A DNA stretch of 64,000 bases from Selaginella moellendorffii. Its lineage: Eukaryota > Plantae > Lycopodiophyta. Location: contig NW_003314303.1 of NCBI RefSeq assembly GCF_000143415.4, positions 904,613 through 968,612 of the forward strand, in the 5' to 3' direction. A program made the position numbers and the translations under genes. The notes beneath the pieces are model-generated. The model saw only the letters and a program-made list of their open reading frames with translations. It searched no databases and was not told the DNA's origin. Positions 62,323 to 64,000 of this stretch are shown here, piece after piece. Position 1 is the first letter of the stretch. Every line of letters begins with the position of its first letter.

Positions 62323-62916
62323 GTGAAGCTCTTGGATTTGGACTTCCCGGGAGGTCACCCAACCCAGTATTATTCAAACCCAAGGATGCTTAACCCCAAA
62401 TATCCCAAGACCCTTAACCGATTGGAAAAGGGGGTACACTCTTGTTCATGGGCTCTTTCCCTCTATATTTAAACCCTATGGACCATCTCTCGAGTCGTTC
62501 TCTTTGGTTGCTTACAATCCACCACGCTTCCCTGCAAGTTCACGCCCTCGTGAACAGAAGCTGAGAGCCGCAGCTCTCCCGAGAGAGCCGCTCTCTTGAC
62601 ACCCTACCCCTCGGGTCGAGCCCAACGGGAGCAAATTGGACCAGCCAGATGTCAATCAACATGTGATGTGATTCCCCTAACCAACCAACAGAGTCGGACC
62701 CGAGACCCCCTCTAATACCAAATGTAAGCTCCTGGATTTGGACTTCCCGGGAGGTCACCCAGCCTAGTACTATTCAAACCCAAGGACGCTTAACCCTAAA
62801 TATCCCAAGACCCTTAACCGATTGGAAAAGGGGGTGCACTCTTGTTCATGGGCCCTTTCCCTCTATATTTGAACCCTATGGACCGTCTCTCGAGTCGTTC
62901 TCTTTGGTTGCTTACA
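62323..62916 (-). mobile_element. Cassandra-type TRIM: two 194-bp LTRs (62723-62916, ~62323-62516) and a 206-bp internal domain
   Basis: Direct repeats at 400-bp period, TGTAAGC...GCTTACA termini, PBS TGGTATTAGAG (62710-62720, minus), PPT AGGGAAGCGTGGTGGAT (62517-62533, minus), 5S rRNA-derived block in each LTR. Confidence 0.92.
62740..62795 (-). promoter_or_regulatory. 5S rRNA-derived internal Pol III promoter (A box, IE, C box) in the Cassandra 5' LTR; second copy at 62340-62395
   Basis: Minus strand GGTTAAGCGTCCTTGGGTTTGAATAGTACTAGGCTGGGTGACCTCCCGGGAAGTCC vs plant 5S (from memory) AGTTAAGCGTGCTTGGGCGAGAGTAGTACTAGGATGGGTGACCTCCTGGGAAGTCC. Confidence 0.9.
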
Positions 62917-64000
62917 CCGAAATGTTATCCCAAAGTCCCAGACTGTAGAATGGAAGAGGAGCAGTCCTCTAGTGTGGTGACCAAAGATACAATCATATGG
63001 TGAGAAAGTCCTAGAGGACAATGGGACTTAGTGGTCAGGCTTGTGGGCCTTGTCCCAGTGGCAGAGTAGGCAAACTCGGCTATGGATGGAAAAGGGACTT
63101 GGTGGGGATTGTAAAAGGGATATTGGGGAAGGCAGTTCCCCCTGTCTATGGGCATCTTAAGGATGATAAGGAGTGGATCTTGGATGGTCACTCCTGAACG
63201 GATAGCCCAGTCATTGAGAGACGGGATTGCAATGTAGGTGGTGTTGGACCACCGGTGGTACCAAGGTGAATGGGCATAGCTTTAGCGTAACGGGCTGGTA
63301 TGTTGGTGGTACCTTGGAGTGTCGGTCTTGGGACCGGACATGTGAAGCACTTGGACCAAGTGCAAATGATGAGTGGTATAGATGCCATTTTCGGGGCTAG
63401 CAAGTCCCAAGTCTTGAATTGGACTTAAGGAGGTTGTAGATGAGTCTTCTCCAAGTGGTCAGAGGTGTGGTTAAGTGACTAAAGTAGAATGGAAAAATTA
63501 GTCTCTTACAGGAGTATGCTAACCTCTTTGAATTTGAGTTGTCATTTGAGGTTAAGATTGCAACATGTCATCTTATTCCCATTAGGGATGCTCATCTAAT
63601 CAAGGTTCTTATTTGTTTTTAGTCACCAAAAGAGATCAAGATTTTACATGCAAACATCAAAGAGATGTTGGAAAAAAGTGTTATTTAAAAGTCGCAAAGT
63701 CCTTGGGCATGTGAACCTTATCTTATGACAAAGCCTGATGGGAGTATTCATTTTTGCATTGACTATCATTTGTTAAATAAAGTGACAACCTTGGATGTGT
63801 ACCCTCTTTTTCACATTGCTAATCTCCTAGATTGTTTGGGGAGAAATTATTAGTTTATTAAGTTAAATTTTGCTTCTAGGTACTAGCAAGTGTTGATCGC
63901 TGAGGAAGATATTCCAAAAATTACTTTTTGTATAACATTTAGTTTGTATAAGTTCTTAGTGATGCCGTTTGGTTTAAATAATGCTTTAACAACATTTCAA

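Larger units (their letters stand above)
61278..63510 (+). mobile_element. Solo LTR of the LARD family carrying a nested Cassandra-type TRIM
   Basis: TGTGAGACAC...CTTACA; near-TSD AGAGT/GGAGT. Confidence 0.92.
60165..64000 (+). mobile_element. Degenerate Ty3/gypsy element (gag remnant to reverse transcriptase), interrupted by a solo LTR
   Basis: YVPMEVD at ~60426; after 63511 SQSPWA...KPDGSIHFCIDY...DVYPL...EDIPK...VMPFGLNNA with in-frame stops. Confidence 0.85.

Noticed and set aside
62340-62795. 5S rRNA genes
   Set aside because: Only the ~56-nt internal core is present, embedded in TRIM LTRs, with no 5S termini

Overview
Plant nuclear DNA, most likely the lycophyte Selaginella (inferred from PLS-class PPR genes and very short introns; not database-confirmed). 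1-17.7 kb is a nested retroelement stack. Two young, ORF-less LTR elements (LARD-like: ~1.7-1.9 kb LTRs carrying a 12/11/6-bp minisatellite, ~4.1 kb hairpin-rich interior) are nested in each other. They sit inside a decayed Ty3/gypsy chromovirus, which also holds a solo LTR and itself interrupts a PPR gene. 17.7-60.7 kb is a ~15-19 kb tandem segmental triplication (PPR-A, non-RD kinase, PPR-B, S28 peptidase, gag remnant, PPR-C, nodulin-related gene, FAD/NAD oxidoreductase); the third unit stops at the gag remnant. Most copies are pseudogenised, but all three kinases are intact. 61.3-63.5 kb is a solo LTR of the LARD family carrying a Cassandra-type TRIM with 5S rRNA-derived LTRs. Best candidate for a new system: the Cassandra internal domain is colinearly homologous to the LARD post-PBS leader. 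The two also share terminus, PBS and PPT motifs and inserted 21 bp apart in the same LTR, suggesting non-autonomous RNAs that use one helper. The LARD also carries a conserved structured core with two tRNA T-arm mimics. All alignments and folds were done by eye.
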